DNA of 64,000 nucleotides from Candidatus Azotimanducaceae bacterium (GTDB lineage: Bacteria; Pseudomonadota; Gammaproteobacteria; Pseudomonadales; Azotimanducaceae), in contig OZ242170.1 of the NCBI GenBank assembly GCA_965205545.1, positions 1,649,149-1,713,148 on the forward strand, written 5' to 3'. The position numbers and the translations under genes were made by a program. The notes under the pieces are model-generated. The model made no database searches and had not been told where the DNA came from. It was given only the letters and a program-made list of their open reading frames with translations. Shown in pieces: positions 53,838 through 64,000 of this stretch (positions within the stretch are counted from its first letter, which is position 1; the number at the start of each line of letters is the position of its first letter).

Positions 53838-54683
53838 CTAGATGGGAACGTTTCCTTGAACGACAATCCGGTGCATCACTCGTCGTTCACTATAGTCGGC
53901 AACCGCGTAGTGCATCACGGACCTGTTATCCCATAGGACGAGATCATCTACGTTCCACTTGTGCCTATAGGTAAATTCTGGCCGAACAAAGTGGGAGAAG
54001 ATGCGAAACAGAAGAATTTCGCTCTCGTCCGATGGCATACCAACGATGTACTTCGTGAAATTTGGGTTGACAAAAAGAGCCTTACGCCCTGTTTCGTCAT
54101 GCGTGCGAACTACCGGATGAATCGAATCTTCCACATCTGGTCCGAAAACCTTGCCAGTATGAAAAGCCTCCTTATCCGAAATCTCGTCCTTGAGAGATTG
54201 CGGCAGCGTTTCATAAGCCTTGTGTTGGTTGGAGAAGATAGTGTCCCCTCCCGCGGAGGGCAATCGTCTAGCATGCAACCCCGTGTATTTTGGTGGAGTC
54301 GAGTGCCAGGTCATATCGGAATGCCATCCTCCTCCAGCTGGGTGCGAACCCGGAAAGAACTTGAACTGACGCCCCTCGTCGGAACTCCCTATCCATTGCA
54401 CATACTGAGTGTCTCGATGCTTGGTTGCGGGATGCGTTAGCAGCTCTCCCCATCGTCGTCCAAATTCCTCTAGTTCCAGAGCCGACAGTTGCTGGTTGGG
54501 GATTACGAGCAAGTGATGCTTGAGCATTAACTCATGCAACAGACTGACGGTTTCTTGGGAGTCGTCGGAACCAACGTTGAGTCCCTGCACACGGGCACCC
54601 AGTGTCACGCTCACTGGTTCTATGTCGAGGCCAGAGTCGATTTCGTGATCTACAAACGATTCTTGTGGCTTCACTTTGGTCAA
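53838..54683 (-). CDS. TauD/TfdA family Fe(II)/2-oxoglutarate dioxygenase
   Basis: 281 aa. WHSDMTW (the HxD facial-triad region) and WDNRSVMHYA are family signatures. The substrate is not inferable. Confidence 0.8.
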   Translation of the reverse strand: MTKVKPQESFVDHEIDSGLDIEPVSVTLGARVQGLNVGSDDSQETVSLLHELMLKHHLLVIPNQQLSALELEEFGRRWGELLTHPATKHRDTQYVQWIGSSDEGRQFKFFPGSHPAGGGWHSDMTWHSTPPKYTGLHARRLPSAGGDTIFSNQHKAYETLPQSLKDEISDKEAFHTGKVFGPDVEDSIHPVVRTHDETGRKALFVNPNFTKYIVGMPSDESEILLFRIFSHFVRPEFTYRHKWNVDDLVLWDNRSVMHYAVADYSERRVMHRIVVQGNVPI

Positions 54684-54854
54684 GGCAGTAAAAAAGGTGT
54701 CAAATCATACAACGATACGGTCAAAAATTCGAACCGACTCCGTGCAACCGAACATGAGAACCGTTCGGCAATGTAGCTCACATGGAATAGAACGGCCACG
54801 TTGGCAAGTCACGAATGTTACTGCTTCAACGGTAATCTGGCGCTTAAATGGAAT

Positions 54855-56366
54855 CTACGCCCAAGGAACTGATGGATCGTCTTCGTCTGGTTCGCGACGG
54901 CTCTTGGATTCTGTCGCTGTCGTTCGACGTTCGGACGCATATTCGCTTTCGGGTCCCTCGAACTTCATCAGCTGCTCCGTAAAGCTAAGTTTTACAGTTC
55001 CGCGTGGTCCGTTCCGGTGCTTGGCAACGATTATCTCCGCCTTGCCCCGGTCATCCGTCTCCTCATCGTACACCTCGTCACGGTAGATGAATGTGATTAG
55101 ATCTGCTGCCTGCTCAATCTCGCCGCTGTCTCGCAGATCCGACATCTTTGGTCGTTTGTCGTTTCTCACCTCAAGCTGGCGGTTAAGTTGCGATAGCGCA
55201 ATTACCGGAACCCTGAACTCCTTTGCCAATGTCTTCAGCGATCGCGTGATTTCGCCAAGCTCGAGCACACGCGAATCAATGCGTCGTGACGCTCGCACCA
55301 ATTGAAGGTAATCCACGACTATAAGAGACAATCCTTGATCGTCGCCATTTTGTTCCCTGCGATTGCGTGCTCTAATCTCCCGATTGACTCGTCTTGCATA
55401 GGAGCGCATTTCGTCAACTGAAATGCTAGGTTTGTCTACAACGTAGAAAGGCTTCGCCGTAAGCACTCCCGTTGCACTCTCAAGCTGCCTCCACTGCTGC
55501 GTATCCAACTCAGCACGCTCAAGCTTATGAAACGCAATGGCGGACTGTGAAGCGAGCATGCGCATTACAAGCTGCTCGTGATCCTGCTCAAGAGAAAAGA
55601 ACAGCACCGGTCGAGGATTCTCATCCAAGATGACGTGCTCGCAGATATTCAGCGCGAATGAAGTCTTTCCCATTGAAGGTCGACCAGCAACGATGATCAG
55701 ATCGTTGTTGTGAAAGCCTCCCGTAAGATCATCAAGGTCCCAGAACCCAGACCGCAATCCAGGCAATCTCCCACCCGTTTCTCGTAGCTGTTCAATTTGG
55801 GTCACTGTGGGAGTAAGCACCTCCGCAAGACTATGGTGAAACTTTTCTCCCGTCTTGTCCTTTGACAGGGCGAGTACTTTGGTCTCTGATTCCGCCAATA
55901 CGTCCTCAGGCTTTAGATCGCCTGGCACCGTTGCAATGTTCTTGATATAGCTGGCAACACCAATGAGATCTCGCCTCAATGCAGTGCCCCGAATCATCTC
56001 TGCGTAAGCTTCGACAACGCGAGGATCGTGCATCGTCTCGTTGATTTCGAATAGATAGGGATAGCCGCCAACATCGTTGAGCTTGTCCGCGTTGCGCAGT
56101 GCATCACTTACGGTGACTTGGTTCAAGGGGCTGCCCTGGGTTGCAAGTAGGCGCATGGCCTCAAAGATCGTGACATGCCGCAGCTCGTAGAAATCGCTTG
56201 ATTCAACGAGGCCCGTCAATCTGTCCCATGCGGTGTCGTCCTTCATCACACACGCTAGGACCGCTCTCTCTGCATCGGCACTATGCGGCAAGTCTCGAGG
56301 AATCGGATCGGTCTGCTGGTCTACTAGATAATCTTCTAGGTTGGATTCGTAGCTGTCAGACATCAA
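54855..56366 (-). CDS. dnaB: Replicative DNA helicase
   Basis: 503 aa. PHSADAERAVLACVM, the Walker A GRPSMGKTSFAL, VIALSQLNR and IVAKHRNGP are present. Confidence 0.97.
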   Translation of the reverse strand: MMSDSYESNLEDYLVDQQTDPIPRDLPHSADAERAVLACVMKDDTAWDRLTGLVESSDFYELRHVTIFEAMRLLATQGSPLNQVTVSDALRNADKLNDVGGYPYLFEINETMHDPRVVEAYAEMIRGTALRRDLIGVASYIKNIATVPGDLKPEDVLAESETKVLALSKDKTGEKFHHSLAEVLTPTVTQIEQLRETGGRLPGLRSGFWDLDDLTGGFHNNDLIIVAGRPSMGKTSFALNICEHVILDENPRPVLFFSLEQDHEQLVMRMLASQSAIAFHKLERAELDTQQWRQLESATGVLTAKPFYVVDKPSISVDEMRSYARRVNREIRARNRREQNGDDQGLSLIVVDYLQLVRASRRIDSRVLELGEITRSLKTLAKEFRVPVIALSQLNRQLEVRNDKRPKMSDLRDSGEIEQAADLITFIYRDEVYDEETDDRGKAEIIVAKHRNGPRGTVKLSFTEQLMKFEGPESEYASERRTTATESKSRREPDEDDPSVPWA

Positions 56367-56536
56367 CGTATTGAGTTCGTCCCTGATACTCTACATGTTC
56401 ATGTTAGTAGAGAAATAGTCAAGCTGGCAAGCCGAATTTACGCCAGCTAACAAAAGCAATTTGATTTAGTTAGTTCAGTCCGCCGATATTGTCGAGACTA
56501 ACTTTGTGGATAAGTTCTGTTTACGTTCTGAACTGC

Positions 56537-56983
56537 TTATTCTGCGTCCACTATTACTCGAATCGTGCGTGAAACGTCAGCATGGACGTGTATCGCCACT
56601 TCATACTCGCCGACTTCCCGAATCACGCCGCCCGCCATCTTCACCTCGCTCTTATTGACTTCAATGCCGAGGTCTGAGACTTCACGAGCAATTTCCACAG
56701 GACCAATAGATCCGTAAAGTCGTCCTGCATCGACGGAACGCGCCAAAATAGTGATCTCAAGGTCGTCAAGCAGAGCTGCGCGCTTTTCGGCACCCTCGAG
56801 GCGCTCAATTGCCAACGCTTTCAGTTCGGCCTCGCGTTCGGCAAAGACCTTTCTGTTGTCATCGGTTGCCTTAAGTGCCAATCCCTTGGGGATCAGATAA
56901 TTTCTTGCATAGCCTGGCTTGACTCTAACCTCGTCTCCGAGGTCGCCAAGATTGGCTACGCGGTCCAACAACAAAACATTCAT
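56537..56983 (-). CDS. rplI: 50S ribosomal protein L9
   Basis: MNVLLLDRVANLGDLGDEVRVKPGYARNYLIPKGLA is the L9 N-terminus. Confidence 0.97.
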   Translation of the reverse strand: MNVLLLDRVANLGDLGDEVRVKPGYARNYLIPKGLALKATDDNRKVFAEREAELKALAIERLEGAEKRAALLDDLEITILARSVDAGRLYGSIGPVEIAREVSDLGIEVNKSEVKMAGGVIREVGEYEVAIHVHADVSRTIRVIVDAE

Positions 56984-56994
56984 TCTTCGATCCG

Positions 56995-57225
56995 TTAGGA
57001 GTGATGCTGGTCTGTATAGGGCAACAGCGCGAGATAGCGTGCGCGTTTGATCGCCCTTGCTAGCTGTCGTTGATATCTTGCACTGGTTCCCATCATGCGG
57101 GCAGGCACGATCTTTCCAGTTTCCGTGATGTATTGACGCAAGGTTTCCAAGTCCTTGTAGTCAATTTCCTTTACGCCTTCTTCCGTGAACCGACAGGTCC
57201 TTTTGCGTCTAAAGTTCCTTGCCAT
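56995..57225 (-). CDS. rpsR: 30S ribosomal protein S18
   Basis: 76 aa. [37 protein letters not shown] is the S18 pattern. Confidence 0.97.
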   Translation of the reverse strand: MARNFRRKRTCRFTEEGVKEIDYKDLETLRQYITETGKIVPARMMGTSARYQRQLARAIKRARYLALLPYTDQHHS

Positions 57226-57227
57226 CT

Positions 57228-57788
57228 CTATGATTCCTCAACATTGTCCTCTGGAGCGGCAGATGCGATCTCCGATTCATCATTCGAGTCGTTCGATAGA
57301 GCCTCTACGCTTTCGCTGTCGTCTTCGCTTGCTTCTACTGAGGCGTCGTCTACACCTTCCTCGTCGGACTCTTCTGCTTCCTGCATGGCCTTCTCTCGTG
57401 CCTTGCGTCGAGCAAGCATCTCTTCTTCCCTTCGTCGCTCGCGCTCACGATCCCGTTCTTGCTCGCGTAGCTCCTCTTCGTAGATCTTGGACCTTTCAGT
57501 CTCTGGAGCTTTCCGCTTTAGGATCATGTTGCGCAGGACTGCGTCGTTGAACCGAAACGCACTCTCGAATTCTTCGAGAACACTTGAAGGGGCTTCAATG
57601 TTCATGAGAACATAGTGACCCTTGTGGATCTTGGAAATGGGATAGGCTAGCTGCCGGCGTCCCCAGTCTTCGCATCGGTGAATTGCGCCACCTTCACGTT
57701 CGACCATGGCGCGATATCGTTCGATCATCCCTGGCACCTGTTCCGACTGGTCAGGATGGACGATGAACACTATTTCATAATGTCGCAT
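57228..57788 (-). CDS. rpsF: 30S ribosomal protein S6 with a long acidic C-terminal extension
   Basis: The start at ATG 57788 is preceded by [26 protein letters not shown] is the S6 N-terminus. The C-terminal ~80 aa form a charged, increasingly acidic extension beyond the core S6 fold (see the S6 finding). Confidence 0.95.
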   Translation of the reverse strand: MRHYEIVFIVHPDQSEQVPGMIERYRAMVEREGGAIHRCEDWGRRQLAYPISKIHKGHYVLMNIEAPSSVLEEFESAFRFNDAVLRNMILKRKAPETERSKIYEEELREQERDRERERRREEEMLARRKAREKAMQEAEESDEEGVDDASVEASEDDSESVEALSNDSNDESEIASAAPEDNVEES

Positions 57789-57938
57789 GGATTCTCCCTT
57801 TGGCAAAAGTCCTTGAACTTGGCTACATGTTCGAGAACAAGGAGTAGTGTTTAACTTGCGAAGCGAAGTTCGCAGGTTGCTATTTTAGCCGAACAAGCGA
57901 GGTCTGCGACTCGTTCATGTAGTGCGACTCTATGTGTC

Positions 57939-58706
57939 CTACTCCTTGTTGTGGTGATTTTGCGCACGCTGGCGAACGGCTTCATACAACAAGATGCCCG
58001 TCGCAACCGCAACGTTGAGACTCTCAACCTGACCCAGCATGGGAATGCCAACAATCTGATCGCATTTTGATGCAGTCAATGCTCTGAGGCCTTTCTCTTC
58101 GCCTCCTGCCACAATCACCGTTGGCACGGTAAGGTCCACGTCGCCGTAGTTTGTGCTAGCCGAACGATCTGTGCCGATAACCCAGCATCCATGATTCTTT
58201 AGCCAATCCAATCTCCGTGCAAGGTTGGCTACATGCACAACGAACATTGACTCCAAAGCTCCCATCGACGTTCGATGCACCGTATCGGTTAGTGGCGCGC
58301 TTCGACTCCTTCCAAGCAGCACCGCATCGACACCCGCTCCCTCTGCAGTTCGCATACAAGCTCCAACGTTTCGAGGATCCACAACTCCGTCTAGCCCCAA
58401 GATCAATGGAGATTGCCACGTCTCAAACGCGTCTTGCAGTTCACTTTCTGTCTTGGCTACTATCGAGTCGACATCTAGGACTACTCCTTGATGTGGCGCG
58501 CCATCGGTTATCCGATTCAACGTTGAACGAGGCACCGACTTAACCACAACATGCTGCTCTTTGGCAAGAGTCCGTATAGCTTGCAGGCGCTTGCCGTGAA
58601 ACCCATCGGCAATCAAGACCCGACGCACTCGTTGCGGCGACTCCTTCAGCACCGAATTCGCACCATGGATTCCATATACACGATCCGTATTCTGAGGCGT
58701 ACTCAC
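57939..58706 (-). CDS. rlmB: 23S rRNA (guanosine-2'-O-)-methyltransferase RlmB (SpoU/TrmH family)
   Basis: 255 aa with the SpoU motifs LDGVVDPRNVGACMRTAEGAG and GEEKGLR...IPMLGQVESLNVAVATGILLYE. It overlaps the rnr stop by 4 nt, the usual rnr-rlmB pairing. Confidence 0.9.
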   Translation of the reverse strand: MSTPQNTDRVYGIHGANSVLKESPQRVRRVLIADGFHGKRLQAIRTLAKEQHVVVKSVPRSTLNRITDGAPHQGVVLDVDSIVAKTESELQDAFETWQSPLILGLDGVVDPRNVGACMRTAEGAGVDAVLLGRSRSAPLTDTVHRTSMGALESMFVVHVANLARRLDWLKNHGCWVIGTDRSASTNYGDVDLTVPTVIVAGGEEKGLRALTASKCDQIVGIPMLGQVESLNVAVATGILLYEAVRQRAQNHHNKE

Positions 58707-60676
58707 CTTCGATCCCCGCGCTGTCTCTTAAATTTCAGCTTTCCCTTTCGAAATTCGTGCCCAATTTCGCTTTGCGTCGCGTCTATCAGGTCTAGCTTGC
58801 ACTGCTCGACATTCACTGCAACAAGCTGCACTTTCATTACGTCTCCGATCTTATACGTCGTGCCCGTAGCTACACCCACCAATTCGGATCCATTGAGTTC
58901 GTAGTAGTCGTCTTTCAGTTGTGACACATGAACCATGCCCGCAATGAAGAAACTGTCGAGTTCTACGAATATGCCGAAGTCCTCCACACGAACAATGTAG
59001 CCCCTAAACATCTTCCCGATTTTCTTGCGCAGCAGTGCACATTTCAGCCAGGCATCCACGCGTCGAGTAACGTCCGTGGCGCGTCTCTCGCAAAACGAAA
59101 GATCGCTGCCTATGTCCTCGGATGGCCGCTTGACCCCCGCACCATTACCTCCTCGCAAAACCGATTTGATCAGACGGTGCACATGAAGGTCCGCATACCT
59201 GCGAATCGGCGAAGTGAAGTGCACGTACTCGTCTAGAGCTAGGCCAAAGTGACCGTTGTTTTGAAACGAATAGAGTGCTTGAGTCATCGAACGCAATACC
59301 TGCAATTCCCAAATCCATGGAGTGTTGGTCGTGCTCCGAATGGTCTCCAGCAATTGCTGCATATCGCGTGACGTATTTCCCTGTACGGGTCCACTGTCTA
59401 GGGAACTACCACGAAGATCATTTTTTAGTTCGGACAGCGACTTTGCATCCGGTCCGTCGTGTACTCGGTAGAGAGGAGATTGGTTGTGCTCTTGCAGGAA
59501 CTTGGCTGCGCATACGTTTGCCGCAATCATTGTTTCCTCGATCAAACAATGCGCTTCGTTTCTTTGATGAACAATCACGTCAGAGGGATTTCCGTTGACA
59601 ACGTGAACCACCGATTCCCTTTCGGTGAAATCAAGAGCGCCTCGAAGTTCTCTGCGCTTTCGAAGCAGGCGATAGATTTCGTATAGGTTGCGCAAGGATT
59701 TGTTGATCGCGTCCGAACGACCTGTCAATGCTCCATCCGTGGTCTGCACTGCCTCCATGTATGTCAATCGACCGCTCGATTGAATGATGGCTTCGTAGAA
59801 CTCGTAGGATTCGATCATCCCTTGAGAATCTATGCGCATGTCGCACACGACGGCCAGCCTGACCTTGTTTGGCTTCAATGAGCAAATGCCGTTCGACAAC
59901 TCGTGAGGCAACATTGGGATTACTCGGTCTGGCAAGTACACCGAGTTTCCCCTAGAACGCGCTTCGACGTCAATCGGTTCCCCGGCCTTTACATAGTGGG
60001 CAACATCCGCAATCGCGACGCAAAGTCGCCAGGCTCCATCGCTGCAACCCTCTCCAAACACGGCGTCGTCAAAGTCCCTGGCCGATTCACCGTCTATGGT
60101 CACAAAGGGGGTGCCGCGGAGGTCTTTTCGATTCGCTACGCTTGTCACATCTACTTCTTGCGGAAGTGCTTTGGCGATGCCGGGGGAGGCTTCCCGATGT
60201 GGGACTTTGTAGGCTCGGAGCAAGGCGATCGCAGCACGGGTAGCTTCGTTATTTGCTCTTAAGATTTCCTTTACAGTCCCGCGCACCGTGTGTTGAGTGC
60301 CGCGGCTAACCTTTACTGTTGCAATATCCCCTTTCTGTAGCTCAGCGGTAGGTTCGATGGCGATGGATGCACGTTCGGAAGGGTCCAGTGGATGCAATCT
60401 CCAACGATTTGACTCTTTGACGACAATTCCCGTCACTTCATCCGAGAGAATCGAAGCTGATTGTCGGTCGTTTGCGAGTACATAACGACCGTGACTGTCC
60501 TTAGTTACCTCACCATGGCGCACCATGGTCCTGAGCCGTTCGGATATTCCCTCTGCATTCCGCAGCAGGCCAACCAGCTTGCCGTATGGCGCAGGGCCCG
60601 ACTTTCGCAGAGTCCTTCTGATGCGTGCTTTGGTGGCTTTCTTCACAGTTGTCTCAGCAACTCCGTCTCTGAACAA
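58703..60676 (-). CDS. rnr: Ribonuclease R
   Basis: 657 aa. RNB catalytic blocks are TIDGESARDFDDAV and VYLPDRVIPMLP, and HFGL..YVHFTSPIRRYADL is present. The C-terminal S1 domain is MFRGYIVRVEDFGIFVEL. It is shorter than E. coli RNase R (813 aa). Confidence 0.93.
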   Translation of the reverse strand: MFRDGVAETTVKKATKARIRRTLRKSGPAPYGKLVGLLRNAEGISERLRTMVRHGEVTKDSHGRYVLANDRQSASILSDEVTGIVVKESNRWRLHPLDPSERASIAIEPTAELQKGDIATVKVSRGTQHTVRGTVKEILRANNEATRAAIALLRAYKVPHREASPGIAKALPQEVDVTSVANRKDLRGTPFVTIDGESARDFDDAVFGEGCSDGAWRLCVAIADVAHYVKAGEPIDVEARSRGNSVYLPDRVIPMLPHELSNGICSLKPNKVRLAVVCDMRIDSQGMIESYEFYEAIIQSSGRLTYMEAVQTTDGALTGRSDAINKSLRNLYEIYRLLRKRRELRGALDFTERESVVHVVNGNPSDVIVHQRNEAHCLIEETMIAANVCAAKFLQEHNQSPLYRVHDGPDAKSLSELKNDLRGSSLDSGPVQGNTSRDMQQLLETIRSTTNTPWIWELQVLRSMTQALYSFQNNGHFGLALDEYVHFTSPIRRYADLHVHRLIKSVLRGGNGAGVKRPSEDIGSDLSFCERRATDVTRRVDAWLKCALLRKKIGKMFRGYIVRVEDFGIFVELDSFFIAGMVHVSQLKDDYYELNGSELVGVATGTTYKIGDVMKVQLVAVNVEQCKLDLIDATQSEIGHEFRKGKLKFKRQRGDRR

Positions 60677-60992
60677 AATCGAGCATCAATAGCCTTCTAC
60701 GGAATCCAAGAGTGGAAGTCAGCCAAGGTAGCGGAAAATCAAGGCAATAATGTGCACCGCAACTAACGGGTGCGAGTGAAGACATGATCTGAAGATATAT
60801 TATACTAGAATTATGTTAGTGTGCAGGTTTAGTTCACGCACAACGCAGCGCCCGTCAGTCTTGAATATCAGCGCGATAATGCGGTCGCCAACTTGCTAAT
60901 GTAAAATCGTTTCTCGAGTCGAAGTGGGAAATCGCGCTCTCTTGGAGTTGCTGTCTCTCGCCGTCGGCATTCCCGTTGGGCTTGCACTAATC

Positions 60993-61079
60993 GCCGAGAT
61001 GGTGAAATTGGTAGACACGCCAGCTTCAGGTGCTGGTGGGGGCAACCCCGTGGAGGTTCGAGTCCTCTTCTCGGCACCA
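60993..61079 (+). tRNA. tRNA-Leu (anticodon CAG)
   Basis: GCCGAGATGGTGAAATTGGTAGACACGCCAGCTTCAGGTGCTGG...GGAGGTTCGAGTCCTCTTCTCGGCACCA folds as a class II tRNA with a long variable arm. The acceptor stem GCCGAGA/TCTCGGC pairs, the anticodon loop is TTCAGGT, and CCA is encoded. Confidence 0.93.
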
Positions 61080-61113
61080 AGCGCAGGATTTCTAGCAAGC
61101 CGTTTCCGATTGA

Positions 61114-62070
61114 CTAAGGCACAGGCCTAAACCCATCCGGCAATCCTTTGGCAACCATGCACACAGCATTGTGAGCATGAAGGCTCTCGTAGTGCTCAAC
61201 TCGCACTTGAAAATCTACGACGGCAGACTCCGCATCCAAACAGGTCTTCAATCGTCTGCCAGCGTCTTCGCAAAACATCGGGTTCTGGCCATTCAGCAAC
61301 GCAAATTCCTGTTCGTCAACGCGCTTTACGGCTGTTTGAACAGGTGTGGCAAGTGCGTTCTCCACGCAATCGATTAAATGTGTAAGCGGAAACGTATCGG
61401 AATTCGGATCCACACGGACAACGACCCATGCCGAGCTGCGCTGTCCATGGGGAGTTGCAACTATTCCCTCGTCCGACCCTAGCCAATGCCGAACGCGAGT
61501 CGCACTCACGGTGCCCACGGATCCGAAATCCTGATCGAACTGATGCTGGATGGACTGTCGAGCCAACGCGGCCGATGCTGGACAGGTACTCGAATAGTGA
61601 ACGACAAACTGCATGTCAACGTGAACGGTTCCCTGCTCGTGCTCGCCACGAACAACGACAGAGTAGTTGTTCCATCCCGCGTGGTCAGACACGAGTGCGG
61701 GACGGCGCAAATACTGGTCGAATGCGAATTCGACATACGCACGAGTAGACAAGCCGTTGTGCGACTTGAGCATTTGCAATAGGAAATTGCTTATCGAATC
61801 GGGAGCAAGGGGATGTTTGCCGGCTTTCTCGTCAAGGAGCATGTAGAGACGAGACATGTGAATTCCTTTTGCTTTGGGGTCGCACAAATTCACATAGAGC
61901 TGGACCGTACTCGGCGCGCTTCGAACCTCCTCGCCATCCCGGAACTGCATGGGCAGACGGATGCCGCTCATTCCAACCCAGTCCAATGGGTCCTGCTCGT
62001 TTTTAAGGACACGCATCGCCACATCTGGCATTACCTGGTCGCCGATCGAGTAGAGTTTGTTCATGGTCAA
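61114..62070 (-). CDS. folE2: GTP cyclohydrolase FolE2-like (type IB) family protein
   Basis: KGIHMSRL, SSTCPAS and VEHYESLHAHNA align by eye with the FolE2 blocks KGTHMSRF, TSLCPCS and ENFESIHNHSA. Confidence 0.7.
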   Translation of the reverse strand: MTMNKLYSIGDQVMPDVAMRVLKNEQDPLDWVGMSGIRLPMQFRDGEEVRSAPSTVQLYVNLCDPKAKGIHMSRLYMLLDEKAGKHPLAPDSISNFLLQMLKSHNGLSTRAYVEFAFDQYLRRPALVSDHAGWNNYSVVVRGEHEQGTVHVDMQFVVHYSSTCPASAALARQSIQHQFDQDFGSVGTVSATRVRHWLGSDEGIVATPHGQRSSAWVVVRVDPNSDTFPLTHLIDCVENALATPVQTAVKRVDEQEFALLNGQNPMFCEDAGRRLKTCLDAESAVVDFQVRVEHYESLHAHNAVCMVAKGLPDGFRPVP

Positions 62071-62096
62071 GGTCTAATCAGGTTTTCGTAATGCTG

Positions 62097-62300
62097 TCAA
62101 GACGTTGGACTAGAAATGCTTGACTTCTCTGCGTCGGTCAGCTCCCGCGCTTCGGCAACAACCATGACAGGTATGCCGTCTTTTACGGGATAGGCCAACC
62201 CCGCGGCAAAAGACCAGAGTTCGTTGGACGTTTTGTTGTAGACCAGTTCCTTCTTGGTGAGCGGACACACGAGAATGTCAAGCAACTTTGGGTCAATCAT
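62097..62300 (-). CDS. Trm112/YcaR (UPF0434) family protein
   Basis: 67 aa. [14 protein letters not shown]...[20 protein letters not shown] is the family pattern. Confidence 0.85.
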   Translation of the reverse strand: MIDPKLLDILVCPLTKKELVYNKTSNELWSFAAGLAYPVKDGIPVMVVAEARELTDAEKSSISSPTS

Positions 62301-62329
62301 GCGGATATTTTACGTTTAGGTCAATTGGT

Positions 62330-63670
<1,341 letters not shown>

Positions 63671-63724
63671 TCAATACGTAGAAAGACGAGCCCATACCGG
63701 GAGAAACAGAACACTCATCCATGC

Positions 63725-63760
63725 TAAAGCCATCGCGCCTAGGCTAGCGCGATGGCTTTA
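63725..63760 (-). terminator. Perfect 14-bp stem/8-nt loop hairpin between hflC and purA
   Basis: TAAAGCCATCGCGC (63725-63738) and GCGCGATGGCTTTA (63747-63760) are exact reverse complements, lying 17 nt after the hflC stop. There is no strong U-tract after the stem on the minus strand, so the terminator function is only inferred. Confidence 0.45.
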
Positions 63761-63776
63761 CGACAACAAAGCTAGC

Positions 63777-64000
63777 TTAGCTTCCTGCGTCGCTCTTCAG
63801 GTACTTGAAGAATTCGCTGGACGGATCAAGCACAAGCAAGGAATTACCATCCGAAAACACCGTTCTATAGGCATTGATGCTCCTGTAGAACTCGTAGAAA
63901 TCGGGATCCTGATTGTAGGCATCTGCGTAGATTCGCGCTGCCTCAGCATCGCCGTCGCCTCGAATCTGCTCCGATTCCTTGTAGGCTTCGGCTTCAATTA
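63777..64000 (-). CDS. hflC: Protease modulator HflC (C-terminal fragment; the rest is beyond the window)
   Basis: I translated the minus strand: IEAEAYKESEQIRGDGDAEAARIYADAYNQDPDFYEFYRSINAYRTVFSDGNSLLVLDPSSEFFKYLKSDAGS*. It matches the HflC C-terminus pattern (RGEGDAEAA...DPDFY.F.RSL.AY), and the gene is upstream of purA as in E. coli. Confidence 0.88.
   Translation of the reverse strand, partial: IEAEAYKESEQIRGDGDAEAARIYADAYNQDPDFYEFYRSINAYRTVFSDGNSLLVLDPSSEFFKYLKSDAGS

Noticed and set aside
60868-61098. A 76-aa minus-strand ORF, and the 68-aa plus-strand ORF at 60924-61130.
   Set aside because: Both overlap the tRNA-Leu(CAG) gene at 60993-61079, and the tRNA fold explains the sequence.

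Overview
The window looks like a chromosomal segment of a gammaproteobacterium at roughly 50% GC. This is inferred from synteny: rpoE-rseABC divergent from nadB, sdhE/ygfZ, xseB-ispA, ribD-nusB-thiL-pgpA, rpsF-rpsR-rplI without priB, rnr-rlmB, and hflC-purA. About 60 genes are supported, plus one tmRNA and one tRNA-Leu. I saw no CRISPR array, transposase, integrase or prophage genes. Three regions are not housekeeping. (1) 1-11673 on the minus strand is one tightly packed operon of at least 10 genes that runs off the left edge. It encodes a MotA/TolQ/ExbB-type channel and two proteins whose N-terminal helix looks like the ExbD/TolR Asp-bearing helix, each fused to a coiled coil and a MIDAS-intact VWA head. 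It also encodes an actin/Hsp70-fold plus FHA-like cytoplasmic protein, a PEGA-repeat/FGE-sulfatase-domain membrane protein, TPR scaffolds, lipoproteins, acidic disordered secreted proteins and a TPR-TonB_C protein. I do not recognise this combination as any characterised Ton, Tol, Mot, Agl/Glt, GldLM or Zorya system, and it is my best candidate for an undescribed PMF-driven envelope machine. (2) 35060-45652 on the plus strand holds three tandem paralogs of about 1150 aa each. Each has a 6-TM ABC-2-permease-like N-terminus, an M1-aminopeptidase-like ectodomain that has lost GAMEN and HEXXH, and a C-terminal beta-sandwich-like module. No ABC ATPase gene is nearby, and the array abuts the 3' end of ssrA. 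(3) 26900-29701 on the minus strand holds three tandem secreted Sel1-like paralogs, each with a TonB-box-like EEMVVTG motif just after the signal peptide. All domain calls come from reading the translations and no searches were run.
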